Part shown: positions 1-9,477 of the stretch, piece by piece
Numbering within the stretch: position 1 is the stretch's first letter
How the letters are laid out: each line of letters opens with the position of its first letter
Notes under the pieces: model-generated
What the model saw: the letters and a program-made list of their open reading frames with translations, nothing else
The model's database searches: none
What the model was told of the DNA's origin: nothing
NCBI GenBank assembly: GCA_041665505.1
Contig: JBAYIR010000002.1
Location: forward strand, 11,602-75,601
Direction of reading: 5' to 3'
From: Patescibacteria group bacterium
Lineage (GTDB): Bacteria > Patescibacteriota > Patescibacteriia > UBA1558 > GWA2-36-10
DNA: 64,000 nucleotides
Program-made: the position numbers and the translations under genes

Positions 1-511
1 ATAGTAATGTGATAATATTATAATTTTCTAAAGCTATAATACTTAAGGCATGCCTAAATGTAGTAATTACATACAATGACAAAGTTTCTGAATAAGGCGC
101 CTGCCATGATTTTCTGACTGTGGGAGCAAAACCAAGCATATCTATTGTAGAGAGTAAAATAATAGACACTACCGGCTGTTTTACTATTAGCCAAAGCGGT
201 ATAGCTAATAGAGCCAGCACTAAAAATATTATATCTATTTTTTTAACATCTTTACTCCCTTTTTTAAAACCAATAATAAATATCAAAAGAGAAATCATTG
301 CTACAGCCAAGGTGACTAAAGATCCCAAGCCAGCCCCAGCACTTACTTGCAGAGCAAAAATAATTGCCGTGACAATACTCCAAATAAACCAAGAAAAAAT
401 ATGTGGTTTTGTCCTACCTTTGATAAGATCAATAAAATATGGAGTATAGCCAATAAAAGTCAGAGCAATGGCAACAATACTTGTAACTGTTTTGATGTTT
501 AAAAATTCCAT
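1..511 (-). CDS. Hypothetical multi-pass membrane protein, 3' partial (stop lies beyond the window edge)
   Basis: Manual minus-strand translation from the ATG at 509-511 gives an uninterrupted hydrophobic protein running to position 1 (MEFLNIKTVTSIVAIALTFIGYTPYFIDLIKGRTKPHIF...). It is absent from the ORF track only because its stop codon lies outside the window. Confidence 0.45.
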   Translation of the reverse strand, partial: MEFLNIKTVTSIVAIALTFIGYTPYFIDLIKGRTKPHIFSWFIWSIVTAIIFALQVSAGAGLGSLVTLAVAMISLLIFIIGFKKGSKDVKKIDIIFLVLALLAIPLWLIVKQPVVSIILLSTIDMLGFAPTVRKSWQAPYSETLSLYVITTFRHALSIIALENYNIITLL

Positions 512-515
512 ATGT

Positions 516-1397
516 TTATTTCATCAAAAGTAAGCCTGCTAAAGCAATCAAACTGCCAATAATTTTTCGTGGCAAATCTTCACGTTCTTTCAAAAATATA
601 GCGGCCGCAATAAAAATAATCACAACTTTAAAAGTTGTAATGGCCGAGACTAAACTTAAATTTCCAACTACAAATATTAGAATGACCCAAGATAGTGATT
701 GCAAAAATCTTAAAGTCCCTGTAATAGTAATATCTTTTTTTGAATAGGCGCTTTTGTCTTGTGTTATAATAGTTGCTAAACCTAAAAAAATACATTGCAG
801 CCACCAACTAAGCATTGTGGAGGCGCTAAAACCTGTTATTTTTTGAAGTGTTCTTTCAGCAGTCAAACAAACGCCCAACATAATACCGCTTAACACCATC
901 AACATAAAATATTTATCAAATTTAAATTTCCCAATACGGTGCTTTTGAGAAACAATCAGCATTCCAATTAACAATAAAATAGTCCCAAATATTTGTATTG
1001 TTGTTAATTTTTCATTAAGAAAAAAAGTAGCCAAAAATATCGTTACTGGGGTATAAATATTACTGACCAATGTAGTCAGACCAGCCTCAATATGTTTTTG
1101 GGCAATATAGGAGCTTATAAAATAAGCTGCTCCAAATATTCCACAAATAATAGCTAGCCCTAATACATACAAAATATTCCCTGCTAGATAAAAAGGTGAG
1201 AAAAAAGGTAAAGCCAAACTCAAAATGACTGTAATCAAAGTCACTTGAAAAGCAAAATGTATTTGTCCTTTGTTGCTAATATTTTTTGTCGTGGCTAACC
1301 ATCTCCTTTGTAATGGAGAAGCGCTACCGGCAATAAAATAAAATATATAACTTAAAAATTCCAGCATACCCCTATATATTAACATAATATAAACCAT
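516..1397 (-). CDS. EamA/DMT-family transporter
   Basis: 293 aa with about 10 TM segments and two EamA-like halves; typical DMT hydrophobic periodicity. Confidence 0.7.
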   Translation of the reverse strand: MVYIMLIYRGMLEFLSYIFYFIAGSASPLQRRWLATTKNISNKGQIHFAFQVTLITVILSLALPFFSPFYLAGNILYVLGLAIICGIFGAAYFISSYIAQKHIEAGLTTLVSNIYTPVTIFLATFFLNEKLTTIQIFGTILLLIGMLIVSQKHRIGKFKFDKYFMLMVLSGIMLGVCLTAERTLQKITGFSASTMLSWWLQCIFLGLATIITQDKSAYSKKDITITGTLRFLQSLSWVILIFVVGNLSLVSAITTFKVVIIFIAAAIFLKEREDLPRKIIGSLIALAGLLLMK

Positions 1398-1473
1398 TAA
1401 TAAATATGGATATTTTATTTAAACAATGCCTAATAATTGCCAAAAATAACTAAATTGTTATAATAGCCTTAAA

Positions 1474-1770
1474 ATGGCTAATAAATATAAACAACTCAGT
1501 CTCCCTCAAGCTAGCTTTGATTTCCATAATCACGGTCCTTTAACTACTCAAGAAATTTTGCAATTGGCTGATGATTTTATAGCTGATAGCTTGGAAAATA
1601 ATTTGTCTATTATTTCTTTGATTGTCGGCCAAGGCATCCATTCTAGTAATGGCCCAGTGGTCAAACCACTGATTTCAGACTTTCTAAGAAATCACCCCTC
1701 TGTCAAAAGTTTTTCTGAAGGAAAATTTACTCAAGGCGGACAAGGTGTCTTTATTGTCAAACTAAAATAA
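1474..1770 (+). CDS. Smr domain-containing protein
   Basis: 98 aa; the FDFHNHG motif matches the Smr D-x-HG signature, followed by LIVGQGIHS (Smr TGKG-like). Confidence 0.65.
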   Translation: MANKYKQLSLPQASFDFHNHGPLTTQEILQLADDFIADSLENNLSIISLIVGQGIHSSNGPVVKPLISDFLRNHPSVKSFSEGKFTQGGQGVFIVKLK

Positions 1771-1939
1771 TTTCTAAGGCTTTGGGCTTAGGTAGTTGAA
1801 TTAATTGGCACTTTCCTGTATAGTAGCCAAGATAATATTAAAATTCACTCCGTTAAATAAATTTGATTCCAAGTCATTTTATTATGGGAGGGGTGTTTAC
1901 AATATATTAATGTATAAATTATTAGTTATAATCAAATTT

Positions 1940-1964
1940 AATATTTGAGCTTAGCTCAAATATT
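1940..1964. promoter_or_regulatory. Perfect 11-bp inverted repeat (AATATTTGAGC-TTA-GCTCAAATATT) about 18 nt upstream of the ABC-F start
   Basis: Seen directly in the sequence; candidate operator or attenuator hairpin. Confidence 0.35.
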
Positions 1965-1982
1965 ATTTAACGGGGTAAAATT

Positions 1983-3434
1983 ATGTCTGAAGAAGTAGTA
2001 CTTAGATTTAGTGACGTCACTTTTGAATATGCCGAGAGAAAACCAGTCTTAGATGAAGTCAGCTTTAGCGTGCGAAAAGGAGCCAAAATAACCCTAATGG
2101 GTCAAAATGGTGCTGGAAAAAGCACTGTCTTTAATTTGATTAAAGGCACTCTCAAACCAAAAAGCGGTAAAATTTCTTACCAACATGACGCTACTATCGC
2201 TACTGCTCAGCAGATGATTGATAGGGCTGACTACGAATTATCTATTGATGAATATTTTGCCAAAGCTTTCACCCAAGTAATTCCCGGACTAAAAAGCCAA
2301 ATTGCCAAAATACTAGATGTAGTCAACTTGAATATCTCCATGGACAAAAAAGTCGGTCTTTTGTCTGGTGGACAGCAAGCTAGATTACTTTTAGCTTTTG
2401 CTTTGATACAAAATCCAGACATATTACTACTTGATGAGCCAACCAATAATTTAGACCAAGCTGGTATTGATCATCTTATCCAATTTTTGATTATGTACGA
2501 TAAGACTGTGGTGGTGATTTCTCACGACGCAGATTTTTTGAACTGTTTTACTGAAGGAGTTATTTATCTTGATTCTCATACAAAAAAAATAGAAAACTAT
2601 GTTGGCGATTATTATTCAGTGGTAGAAGAAATATCCAAGCGGATAGAAAGAGAAATAAAAAAGAATGCTCAATTAGAAAAAGCTATTCAAGACCGCAAAG
2701 ATAAAGTAAATTTCTTTTCCAACAAAGGTGGTAAGATGAGACAGCTAGCCAAAAAACTCAAAGAGGAAACTGAAGACTTAGAAGAAAACAAAGTAGATGT
2801 CAGGCGAGAAGATAAAGTAATTAGAGATTTTATTATTCCTAGGCAAGACATTGTCGGCGAACTGGTCAATATCCAATCAGTCAAAGTCATTAAAAATCAC
2901 GAGCCAGTGACCAAAAAAGTAGAAAGAATACTAAGACACAAGACTCGCCTACTGGTCTCTGGGCCAAACGGTATTGGTAAAAGCACATTACTAAGATCAC
3001 TAGTAGAAAATAAAAGTGAAGGCGCTAAAATAAATTCCGAAGCTATAGTCGGTTACTATAGTCAAAATTTTTCCAATTTGGATTTTAATCAGACCGTTAT
3101 AGAATCACTAGAGAGTGCTCGCCTAGAAGGCTATACTATCCAAGAAATGCGATCTGTCGCCGCTGGCTTTTTGATTGGGGCTGATTTGATGGGACACAAA
3201 GTAGCTGAATTGTCCGAAGGACAAAAAGGACTACTAGCTTTTGCCCGGCTAGTTTTGATGAAACCGGGACTGCTGATTTTGGATGAACCGACTAATCATA
3301 TCAACTTTCGTCATATTCCCGTAATTGCCAAAGCCTTAAATCATTATGAAGGTGCAATAATACTTATCAGTCACATGCCCGACTTTGTCAAAGAAATAGA
3401 AGTCAACGAATATCTAGATTTAGGTAAATTATAA
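1983..3434 (+). CDS. ABC-F family ATPase (tandem ABC domains, no TM domain)
   Basis: Two Walker A motifs (GQNGAGKST, GPNGIGKST), two signature motifs (LSGGQQ, LSEGQKG) and a charged interdomain linker. Confidence 0.8.
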   Translation: MSEEVVLRFSDVTFEYAERKPVLDEVSFSVRKGAKITLMGQNGAGKSTVFNLIKGTLKPKSGKISYQHDATIATAQQMIDRADYELSIDEYFAKAFTQVIPGLKSQIAKILDVVNLNISMDKKVGLLSGGQQARLLLAFALIQNPDILLLDEPTNNLDQAGIDHLIQFLIMYDKTVVVISHDADFLNCFTEGVIYLDSHTKKIENYVGDYYSVVEEISKRIEREIKKNAQLEKAIQDRKDKVNFFSNKGGKMRQLAKKLKEETEDLEENKVDVRREDKVIRDFIIPRQDIVGELVNIQSVKVIKNHEPVTKKVERILRHKTRLLVSGPNGIGKSTLLRSLVENKSEGAKINSEAIVGYYSQNFSNLDFNQTVIESLESARLEGYTIQEMRSVAAGFLIGADLMGHKVAELSEGQKGLLAFARLVLMKPGLLILDEPTNHINFRHIPVIAKALNHYEGAIILISHMPDFVKEIEVNEYLDLGKL

Positions 3435-3439
3435 AAAAT

Positions 3440-3476
3440 AAATCCGCTGATAAAATATAAAAGCGGATTTTTTATT
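3440..3476 (+). terminator. Rho-independent terminator after the ABC-F gene
   Basis: 9-bp stem AAATCCGCT/AGCGGATTT followed by a T-run. Confidence 0.6.
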
Positions 3477-3546
3477 TAGCAACTTGCCACTAATATAAAA
3501 CATTGCTAATATTAAAAAGCAATTTAATTATTTATTTTTTATATAT

Positions 3547-3951
3547 ATGTCTACAAAAGTATTTGTAAACCTGGCAGTCAAAGACCTGTCAAAAACTATG
3601 GAGTTTTTTAGTAAATTGGGATTTTCTTTTAACCCACAATTTACTGATGATAACGCCGCTTGCATGATTATCAGCGAAGAAAATTATGCTATGCTCTTAA
3701 AAGAAAAATTCTTCGCCAGTTTTATCACCAAAGAAATCGCTGATGCTAAAAAGACTACTGAAGTATTAATAGCCTTGTCTTTTGATAGCAAAGAGGCAGT
3801 GGATAAAATAGTAACTAAAGCCCTAGCTGCTGGTGGCAAAGAAACTAGAGATGCTCAAGATCTTGATTTTATGTACAGTCGCAGTTTTGAGGATTTAGAT
3901 GGTCATATTTGGGAACCATTTTGGATGGATCCAAAACATGTCCAAAAATAA
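3547..3951 (+). CDS. VOC (glyoxalase/bleomycin-resistance fold) family protein
   Basis: 134 aa; small VOC-like architecture; tandem with a second VOC gene. Confidence 0.6.
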   Translation: MSTKVFVNLAVKDLSKTMEFFSKLGFSFNPQFTDDNAACMIISEENYAMLLKEKFFASFITKEIADAKKTTEVLIALSFDSKEAVDKIVTKALAAGGKETRDAQDLDFMYSRSFEDLDGHIWEPFWMDPKHVQK

Positions 3952-3986
3952 TATTAAAAAATTAATCATTAAAGAGAATAAAATAT

Positions 3987-4385
3987 ATGAATAGAGTAGT
4001 ACACTTTGAAATACAAGTTGAAAATCCCGCTAGAGCTATCAAGTTTTATCAAGAGATTTTTGGCTGGGATTTCCAAAAATGGGACGGTGGTGATACTGAT
4101 TATTGGATGGTTTTGACCGCTAGCTCAGATAGCAAAGAGCCCGGTATAAATGGAGGCTTACTAAAGCGTCCTGGGCAAATGCCAACTAAAATGTCTGGTG
4201 CTAATGCTTTTGTCTGTACAGTTCAGGTAGATAATTTTGACGCCACAGCTGAAAAAATAGCTTTGGCTGGCGGTCTAGTGGCTATGCCCAAAATGGCGCT
4301 AGTCGGTATGGCTTGGCAAGGTTATTTTATAGATACTGAAGGCAATGTTTTTGGTGTACATCAGCCAGATACAAATGCCAAATAA
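3987..4385 (+). CDS. VOC family protein (glyoxalase-like)
   Basis: 132 aa; N-terminal VHFEIQVENPARAIKFYQEIFGW is typical of VOC/glyoxalase-I-like proteins. Confidence 0.7.
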   Translation: MNRVVHFEIQVENPARAIKFYQEIFGWDFQKWDGGDTDYWMVLTASSDSKEPGINGGLLKRPGQMPTKMSGANAFVCTVQVDNFDATAEKIALAGGLVAMPKMALVGMAWQGYFIDTEGNVFGVHQPDTNAK

Positions 4386-4406
4386 ACCTTTAAACTAAAT
4401 AACAAA

Positions 4407-4443
4407 AATCACTCTTGGTATTATGCTCAGAGTGGTTTTTTGT
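4407..4443 (+). terminator. Rho-independent terminator
   Basis: Stem AATCACTCT/AGAGTGGTT (one G.U) followed by TTTTTTG. Confidence 0.5.
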
Positions 4444-4546
4444 TTATTATATTTTTTAAAATACATAAAGCTCGTCAAAGCCTCTTGACAATAATGTTAG
4501 AATAATATAACATAAAAATATGCTAACTAATTCTAACTAAAAAAAT

Positions 4547-5092
4547 ATGACTCTAAAAAAATACCAAAAAATTAGGTTAATAATTACTATTATTATTGCC
4601 GCCATTTTTAGCCAATCTATCAGCATGAATAACTTCTTTATTCCTATTGTTACACTACTAGTCAGCACTTTGATTCTGATTTACCTTCGAAAAAAAGTCA
4701 CTGAAGTAATGGTTGATGAAAGGGACAAAGAAATAGGTGGCAAATCTGCTTTGTTGGCCATACAAATATATTCATGGCTAGCAGTTATAATTATGTTTTT
4801 GATGTACTCACTAAAAAATATTAACCCTTTCTATGAAGCAGTAGCATTGACCTTAGCTTTTTCTACTTGTATTTTGATGCTCCTCTATGCTTTAATATTT
4901 AGGTATTATAATAAAATAAAAATGACGGACAAAAAATTGGCCTACACTACTCTGGTATTAGTACTATTTGTAGTGATGGCTATTTTGTCACTAAGAGTAT
5001 TCTCTGGCGAAGATAATTGGGTATGTAGTGATGGACAATGGGTAAAACATGGTCAGCCTGACTACCCTGCTCCACAAATAGAATGTAAATAA
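4547..5092 (+). CDS. Membrane protein (DUF2178-like) paired with the downstream HTH regulator
   Basis: 181 aa, 4 TM; ends 1 nt before the XRE HTH gene, a recurrent membrane-protein plus HTH-XRE cassette. Confidence 0.4.
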   Translation: MTLKKYQKIRLIITIIIAAIFSQSISMNNFFIPIVTLLVSTLILIYLRKKVTEVMVDERDKEIGGKSALLAIQIYSWLAVIIMFLMYSLKNINPFYEAVALTLAFSTCILMLLYALIFRYYNKIKMTDKKLAYTTLVLVLFVVMAILSLRVFSGEDNWVCSDGQWVKHGQPDYPAPQIECK

Positions 5093-5093
5093 A

Positions 5094-5285
5094 ATGAAAA
5101 ATAATATAAAAAAATATCGGCTAAAAATGAATCTAACTCAAGATCAATTGGCACAAAAAGTGGGTGTTAGAAGAGAAACAATTGTATTTTTAGAGCAAGG
5201 GAAATACAATCCATCGCTCAATTTAGCTCATAATATTGCCAAAATTTTTGATGTGTCAATTGATAAATTATTTCTTTTTGATTAG
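5094..5285 (+). CDS. HTH XRE-family transcriptional regulator (YozG-like)
   Basis: 63 aa; [41 protein letters not shown] is a canonical Cro/C1-type HTH. Confidence 0.8.
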   Translation: MKNNIKKYRLKMNLTQDQLAQKVGVRRETIVFLEQGKYNPSLNLAHNIAKIFDVSIDKLFLFD

Positions 5286-5361
5286 GACTAATAGCCCAAG
5301 CATTGCTTTTTATCCACAAAACAGCTAGAATGGAAACATATTAACTAATATAAACTAATTT

Positions 5362-5877
5362 ATGGGAAACTTTAATAGAGACAGAGGTGGAGACCGACGC
5401 GGTGGCGGTGGAGGTTTTAATAGAGACAGAGGTGGAGACCGACGCGGTGGCGGTGGAGGTTTTAATAGAGACAGAGGTGATAGACCAACTATGCACAAAG
5501 CTATTTGTGATGCTTGTAAACAAAGTTGTGAAGTCCCATTTAAACCAAGTGGTGATAAACCAATATATTGCAGCGACTGTTTTAGCAAACAAGGTGGTGG
5601 CAGTGATAGACCAAGATTTGGTGGTGGCGACAGAGACAGAAGACCACGCTTTGAAGATAAAAGCGCCGGACCTAGAGATTCAGATTCCAAAGATATTTTA
5701 AAAGGTGTTAAAACCTTAAATTACAAGCTGGATGAACTGATAAAAATACTAGGTTCACAAAATACTAGAGTTTCAATAGAAACTACTAATGAAGAAGCAG
5801 CTCCTACTAAAAAAGAAGCTAAGAAAAAAGCTAGCCCCAAGAAAGTAGTCAAGAAAAAAGCTAGCAAAAAGAAATAA
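5362..5877 (+). CDS. CxxC-x17-CxxC zinc-ribbon protein with RGG/RG-rich N-terminus and lysine-rich C-terminal tail
   Basis: CDAC-(17 residues)-CSDC counted directly from the translation; N-terminal FNRDRGGDRRGGGGG repeats; C-terminal KKKASPKKVVKKKASKKK. Confidence 0.7.
   Translation: MGNFNRDRGGDRRGGGGGFNRDRGGDRRGGGGGFNRDRGDRPTMHKAICDACKQSCEVPFKPSGDKPIYCSDCFSKQGGGSDRPRFGGGDRDRRPRFEDKSAGPRDSDSKDILKGVKTLNYKLDELIKILGSQNTRVSIETTNEEAAPTKKEAKKKASPKKVVKKKASKKK
5371..5481 (+). repeat. Perfect 45-nt tandem repeat (about 2.5 copies) inside the CxxC gene
   Basis: The unit TTTAATAGAGACAGAGGTGGAGACCGACGCGGTGGCGGTGGAGGT is repeated exactly; it encodes the FNRDRGGDRRGGGGG units. Confidence 0.9.
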
Positions 5878-5887
5878 TTTCAATTAT

Positions 5888-5917
5888 AAAAACCGGTCAA
5901 CTAAGATCGGTTTTTTT
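5888..5917. terminator. Bidirectional terminator (AAAAACCGGTC-N6-GATCGGTTTTTTT)
   Basis: Hairpin plus T-run between convergent genes; the same stem recurs at 11157-11186. Confidence 0.5.
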
Positions 5918-5944
5918 AATGAGTGATTTAATTTTAAAAATATA

Positions 5945-6847
5945 CTATTTTAATAAAATAAGTATCTCCGACGAATAAAGTAAAATAACACCTATAACAA
6001 TCATCAAAATTGGTATTATTTTTTTACTAAAATTATTTTCAATGCTCATTTTAATGCCAACTTTGTTAGCACTAGATTCTAGAATCAACACAGTAAGGGG
6101 CTGTGTGGCCGCAATTGAAGAAACAATTGTTGCTGGCAAACCAGCCATAGCAAAATAAGTTGTCAATATTCCCAAAAATGTCAGACTTTCATTAAGCACT
6201 GCCCATTTCAAATTTTTGAGCTCTGCTGGGAAACCCAGCCTAATTTTCTTATTAAACAAACCAGGTAGTATTGCTAAGCCAATACAAATACTACTAATAG
6301 CTATTCCATTTAATTCTGGCAAATTGTTAGTAGCAATTTTAATAAAAAATTCATACAGTGCCACAATAAATATAAGCGAAATCATCATCCACAAAGACAT
6401 TTTTAATTTAATTTTTTTATCTTTAATAGAAAGAAAAATTACTCCCAATAAAATGAAAAGCATACCAATATAAGCAATGGCAGATAATCGCTCATTGAGT
6501 ACTAAAAAAGATAATAGAGCAACAATTATTGGATAAACATAAACCATTCCGACCACATTTGATATATCATCTTTTATTAATATGTAATAGTAGAGAAAAA
6601 ATTCTAAACCAAAAATTAAACCAACTATTGCTGGAAAAAATAAATCTTTAATAGTTATGTCTGACCAGTCTAAAAAAATAGACAAAATAATTCCCATAGT
6701 AAAATTTACAATACCTGCTACGATTACAAAACTAAGAGGATTTTTTACTCGGTGAGAAACAACAAATTTATCTAACACATTCATTAAACCAAAAATAAAT
6801 GGCGAGATAATTGCAAAAATTAAAGGTAAAAATATGACGCTGGTCAT
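5945..6847 (-). CDS. EamA-like/DMT-family membrane transporter
   Basis: 300 aa, about 10 TM segments with a duplicated 5-TM architecture. Confidence 0.55.
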   Translation of the reverse strand: MTSVIFLPLIFAIISPFIFGLMNVLDKFVVSHRVKNPLSFVIVAGIVNFTMGIILSIFLDWSDITIKDLFFPAIVGLIFGLEFFLYYYILIKDDISNVVGMVYVYPIIVALLSFLVLNERLSAIAYIGMLFILLGVIFLSIKDKKIKLKMSLWMMISLIFIVALYEFFIKIATNNLPELNGIAISSICIGLAILPGLFNKKIRLGFPAELKNLKWAVLNESLTFLGILTTYFAMAGLPATIVSSIAATQPLTVLILESSANKVGIKMSIENNFSKKIIPILMIVIGVILLYSSEILILLK

Positions 6848-6901
6848 TTATATTCTTAATATTAAGTTAAATCTTTTATAAATTACACAAAAAAACTTAT
6901 T

Positions 6902-7531
6902 TTATTTTAAATCAAATTCTTTTACAAATTCAACAGCCGCACCATTATCCCCTATCTTATGTAAGACCAATTTATCAACCATAAATGTTTTTATATTCCA
7001 TTTCAAATTGCTTATTATATTTTTAGCTTCTTCAACGTCTTCCAAACGTATCAAAGATAAATGCGGATGACAATAATGATTCATGACGTAGGGATAAGCA
7101 TACTGGCTGACCATTTCCATTTCTTGCCTACTCAAGCGTTCTGCATATTCTATACTAGCAAACTTAGGATTTATATAACCTTCTCTTAGTGGATTTAATA
7201 TTTCTACTATATTTTTATGTAATATTTTTATTTCTGGGCTGAGTTCAAAATAGACCATTACATATCCGTGACGAGATTCTATTTTAGAATATGTCATCTG
7301 AATCAAATCAATATTCTTAACAAATTTCTCTACATTAGCTATAATCTTTGGCAGATTTTTGGCTGGATAGCTGGGAGGATAAATTGTAATGTGAGGATAA
7401 AAATTTTTAGCATCAAGAACAAACTTGGCTTTATATTTTGTAGCCAATTCTTGACTCATAGCCACAGCTTTATCAGATACTACTGGTGGAACCTGAAATG
7501 ATAGCCCAAGTCTTATATATTTTTCTTCCAT
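6902..7531 (-). CDS. 2H phosphoesterase superfamily protein (LigT / 2'-5' RNA ligase-like)
   Basis: Two H-x-T/S-x motifs (HITIY and HLSLI) with the spacing typical of 2H enzymes. Confidence 0.5.
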   Translation of the reverse strand: MEEKYIRLGLSFQVPPVVSDKAVAMSQELATKYKAKFVLDAKNFYPHITIYPPSYPAKNLPKIIANVEKFVKNIDLIQMTYSKIESRHGYVMVYFELSPEIKILHKNIVEILNPLREGYINPKFASIEYAERLSRQEMEMVSQYAYPYVMNHYCHPHLSLIRLEDVEEAKNIISNLKWNIKTFMVDKLVLHKIGDNGAAVEFVKEFDLK

Positions 7532-7545
7532 GATTTTATTTTATC

Positions 7546-9477
7546 TTATTTATTTTGTAAGGAATCTATAAACAAACCCGGCAAAACTTTTTTTATTCTG
7601 CTTGCAAATTCTCTAGCATCTTTCAAAAATAAATCAAATTTAGGATTAGCTTTGATATTTTCATATATCATTACCTGTAATTCATCATTATAAGAAATAA
7701 AATCATGACAATGATAATCATCCATCTGGAGACCATCAAGATAAGCTTTTAATACTTCAGCAAATTTGAAATATGGATTTGCTTGAAAAATTTTCCATAA
7801 AGTCTCAATTTCACTCATGTCAGCTTTACTACCTAAATCTTTATATCTTTCCCCTATTATATCTAAAAGTGCTGGAGGTATTTCAGGTACAGTGTCTTCT
7901 TTACTAAGCATATGCACAATTCGCGTACTAAAAAATAAATTTTCTTCATCGCTAATTTTTTTATGCTTTGCTTCTACTCCAATCTGTAAACCCATTCTTG
8001 CCAACTCATCATCATTAAAATTATTTAAATCAAGTACCTGCCCAAATTTTTCTCTGGCAGCTGAAATATAATATGTTCGTTGACCTGGGTGTAATGAATC
8101 AACAGAAGCAGCCTCTAGCTTACTTTGACTTAATCTCTCCATTTTTAATAAATAATAAGATAAAACGTGTTTTATTTGTTCTCCTCTATTTGGAGCATCT
8201 GGCGGTATATCAAAAGCTATCTTATTTATAATGGGTTCCATACGTGTCAGAGTATAATCCAAACCTTCAATATTACCTGTATCAAGATCTCTTTTTGCCC
8301 AAGTCGTATCAACAATTGTAGCATTTGCCTTAGTCTCTGAAATACTAACAAAAGTATTCCAAGCATGACCTGGTGTAGCACTTTTCAGTACATCTCTATC
8401 CTCACGCCTCGGTTCATGTGTCTTGGTAGCAGTGTCATATAAACAATAAGTATCTCGTAATCTATTATATTTTGTTTGTTTGGCCTTCAAAGCCTCAAAT
8501 ACAGCTTTGGTCATACTAGCAAAATTTCTACAGACTCCATTTCCTTCCCATGCTTGATTACCTCTATTCAACAATCCTTCTTCTAATAAAGTTAAAGCAC
8601 TACTTTGATCTGCTTTAGTTTCTCTCTTAGGATCTAAATGCTGGGTGCCAGTTGTTTCAATGACATCACTATGTTTATATTTTGTAAATTCAACTACTAT
8701 TCTAGTTGCTAACTCAGCTGCCTGCCTAGGGCTAAGTGAATCCAAATGTTTAATCCCTAGTTCCTCTGCAATTTTCTGACCTTCTCTTTCTAGATATGAA
8801 GAAACAAAAGCAAAAATTTTATCTTCCCAACCATCTTCAATAATAGTTTTTTGATAAGTAGCTGCCCCCAAACTCTCTCCAGCTATTTTATCTCTCTTAA
8901 GTATATATTTTTGTATAGCTGGCGGTATTTCTCTAGCCTCTTTAGCTGGTGCTACATTTGGCCTAAAATTATCAAAATCTGAAAAAGCGATTTGTTCGGA
9001 ATCGCTAACCTGCAATTCTACAATAGGATCCTTTGTCAGGCTAGAATCATCTTCTAACATCCTCAAATAAAATTCTTTAGCCTGCTCCCAAGAAGGAAAA
9101 ACCTTTTTGGAAGTTCCTACATAATGTCCTGTTCCTAAATCTTTTAAACCAGGAAAAGTTACTACAAATTGACCACCTTCTTCATCTGCATCGATTCTAT
9201 AAAAATGTTTTGTATAACTCTTTTCTAGGGAAATTCTTTCATATCTCTCCTGCCAATCTTTTCTTGATGCTTCTATAGCCGTTTCTGCCTCCTCTCTGGT
9301 CTCAAATTGTAATAATGAAGTACCAACTATATGGCCTGTTTTAAGATCGTAAAATCCTGGCATAGCAACATCAAAACTACCATCGTTATTAGCTTCAATG
9401 TCATAAAGATGTGAAGATTTTTTTGGTCGTTTTGTCTGTTCTCCACTATCTATATTTTCTTGTACTTCGGCGCTCAT
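7546..9477 (-). CDS. Transglutaminase-like (papain-fold Cys-His-Asp) domain protein with a duplicated N-terminal ~50-aa domain
   Basis: GVCRNFA and PGHAWNTFV motifs resemble the transglutaminase-like core GxCxxFA and HAW. The N-terminus holds two homologous modules (YDIEANNDGSFDVAMPGFYDLKTGHIVGTS / YRIDADEEGGQFVVTFPGLKDLGTGHYVGTS). Confidence 0.45.
   Translation of the reverse strand: MSAEVQENIDSGEQTKRPKKSSHLYDIEANNDGSFDVAMPGFYDLKTGHIVGTSLLQFETREEAETAIEASRKDWQERYERISLEKSYTKHFYRIDADEEGGQFVVTFPGLKDLGTGHYVGTSKKVFPSWEQAKEFYLRMLEDDSSLTKDPIVELQVSDSEQIAFSDFDNFRPNVAPAKEAREIPPAIQKYILKRDKIAGESLGAATYQKTIIEDGWEDKIFAFVSSYLEREGQKIAEELGIKHLDSLSPRQAAELATRIVVEFTKYKHSDVIETTGTQHLDPKRETKADQSSALTLLEEGLLNRGNQAWEGNGVCRNFASMTKAVFEALKAKQTKYNRLRDTYCLYDTATKTHEPRREDRDVLKSATPGHAWNTFVSISETKANATIVDTTWAKRDLDTGNIEGLDYTLTRMEPIINKIAFDIPPDAPNRGEQIKHVLSYYLLKMERLSQSKLEAASVDSLHPGQRTYYISAAREKFGQVLDLNNFNDDELARMGLQIGVEAKHKKISDEENLFFSTRIVHMLSKEDTVPEIPPALLDIIGERYKDLGSKADMSEIETLWKIFQANPYFKFAEVLKAYLDGLQMDDYHCHDFISYNDELQVMIYENIKANPKFDLFLKDAREFASRIKKVLPGLFIDSLQNK

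Noticed and set aside
120-449. 109-aa plus-strand ORF in the track
   Set aside because: It lies antisense to a long, open, clearly membrane-protein-like minus-strand reading frame (1..511), and its own translation is low-complexity. It is most likely a shadow ORF.
5341-5701. Three overlapping ORFs (5341..5592 -, 5355..5690 -, 5387..5701 +) on top of the CxxC gene
   Set aside because: They are created by the 45-nt GC-rich tandem repeat. Their translations are pure repeat (PPPPRRSPPLSLLK…, VSIKTSTATAS…), whereas the 5362..5877 frame gives a coherent zinc-ribbon protein.
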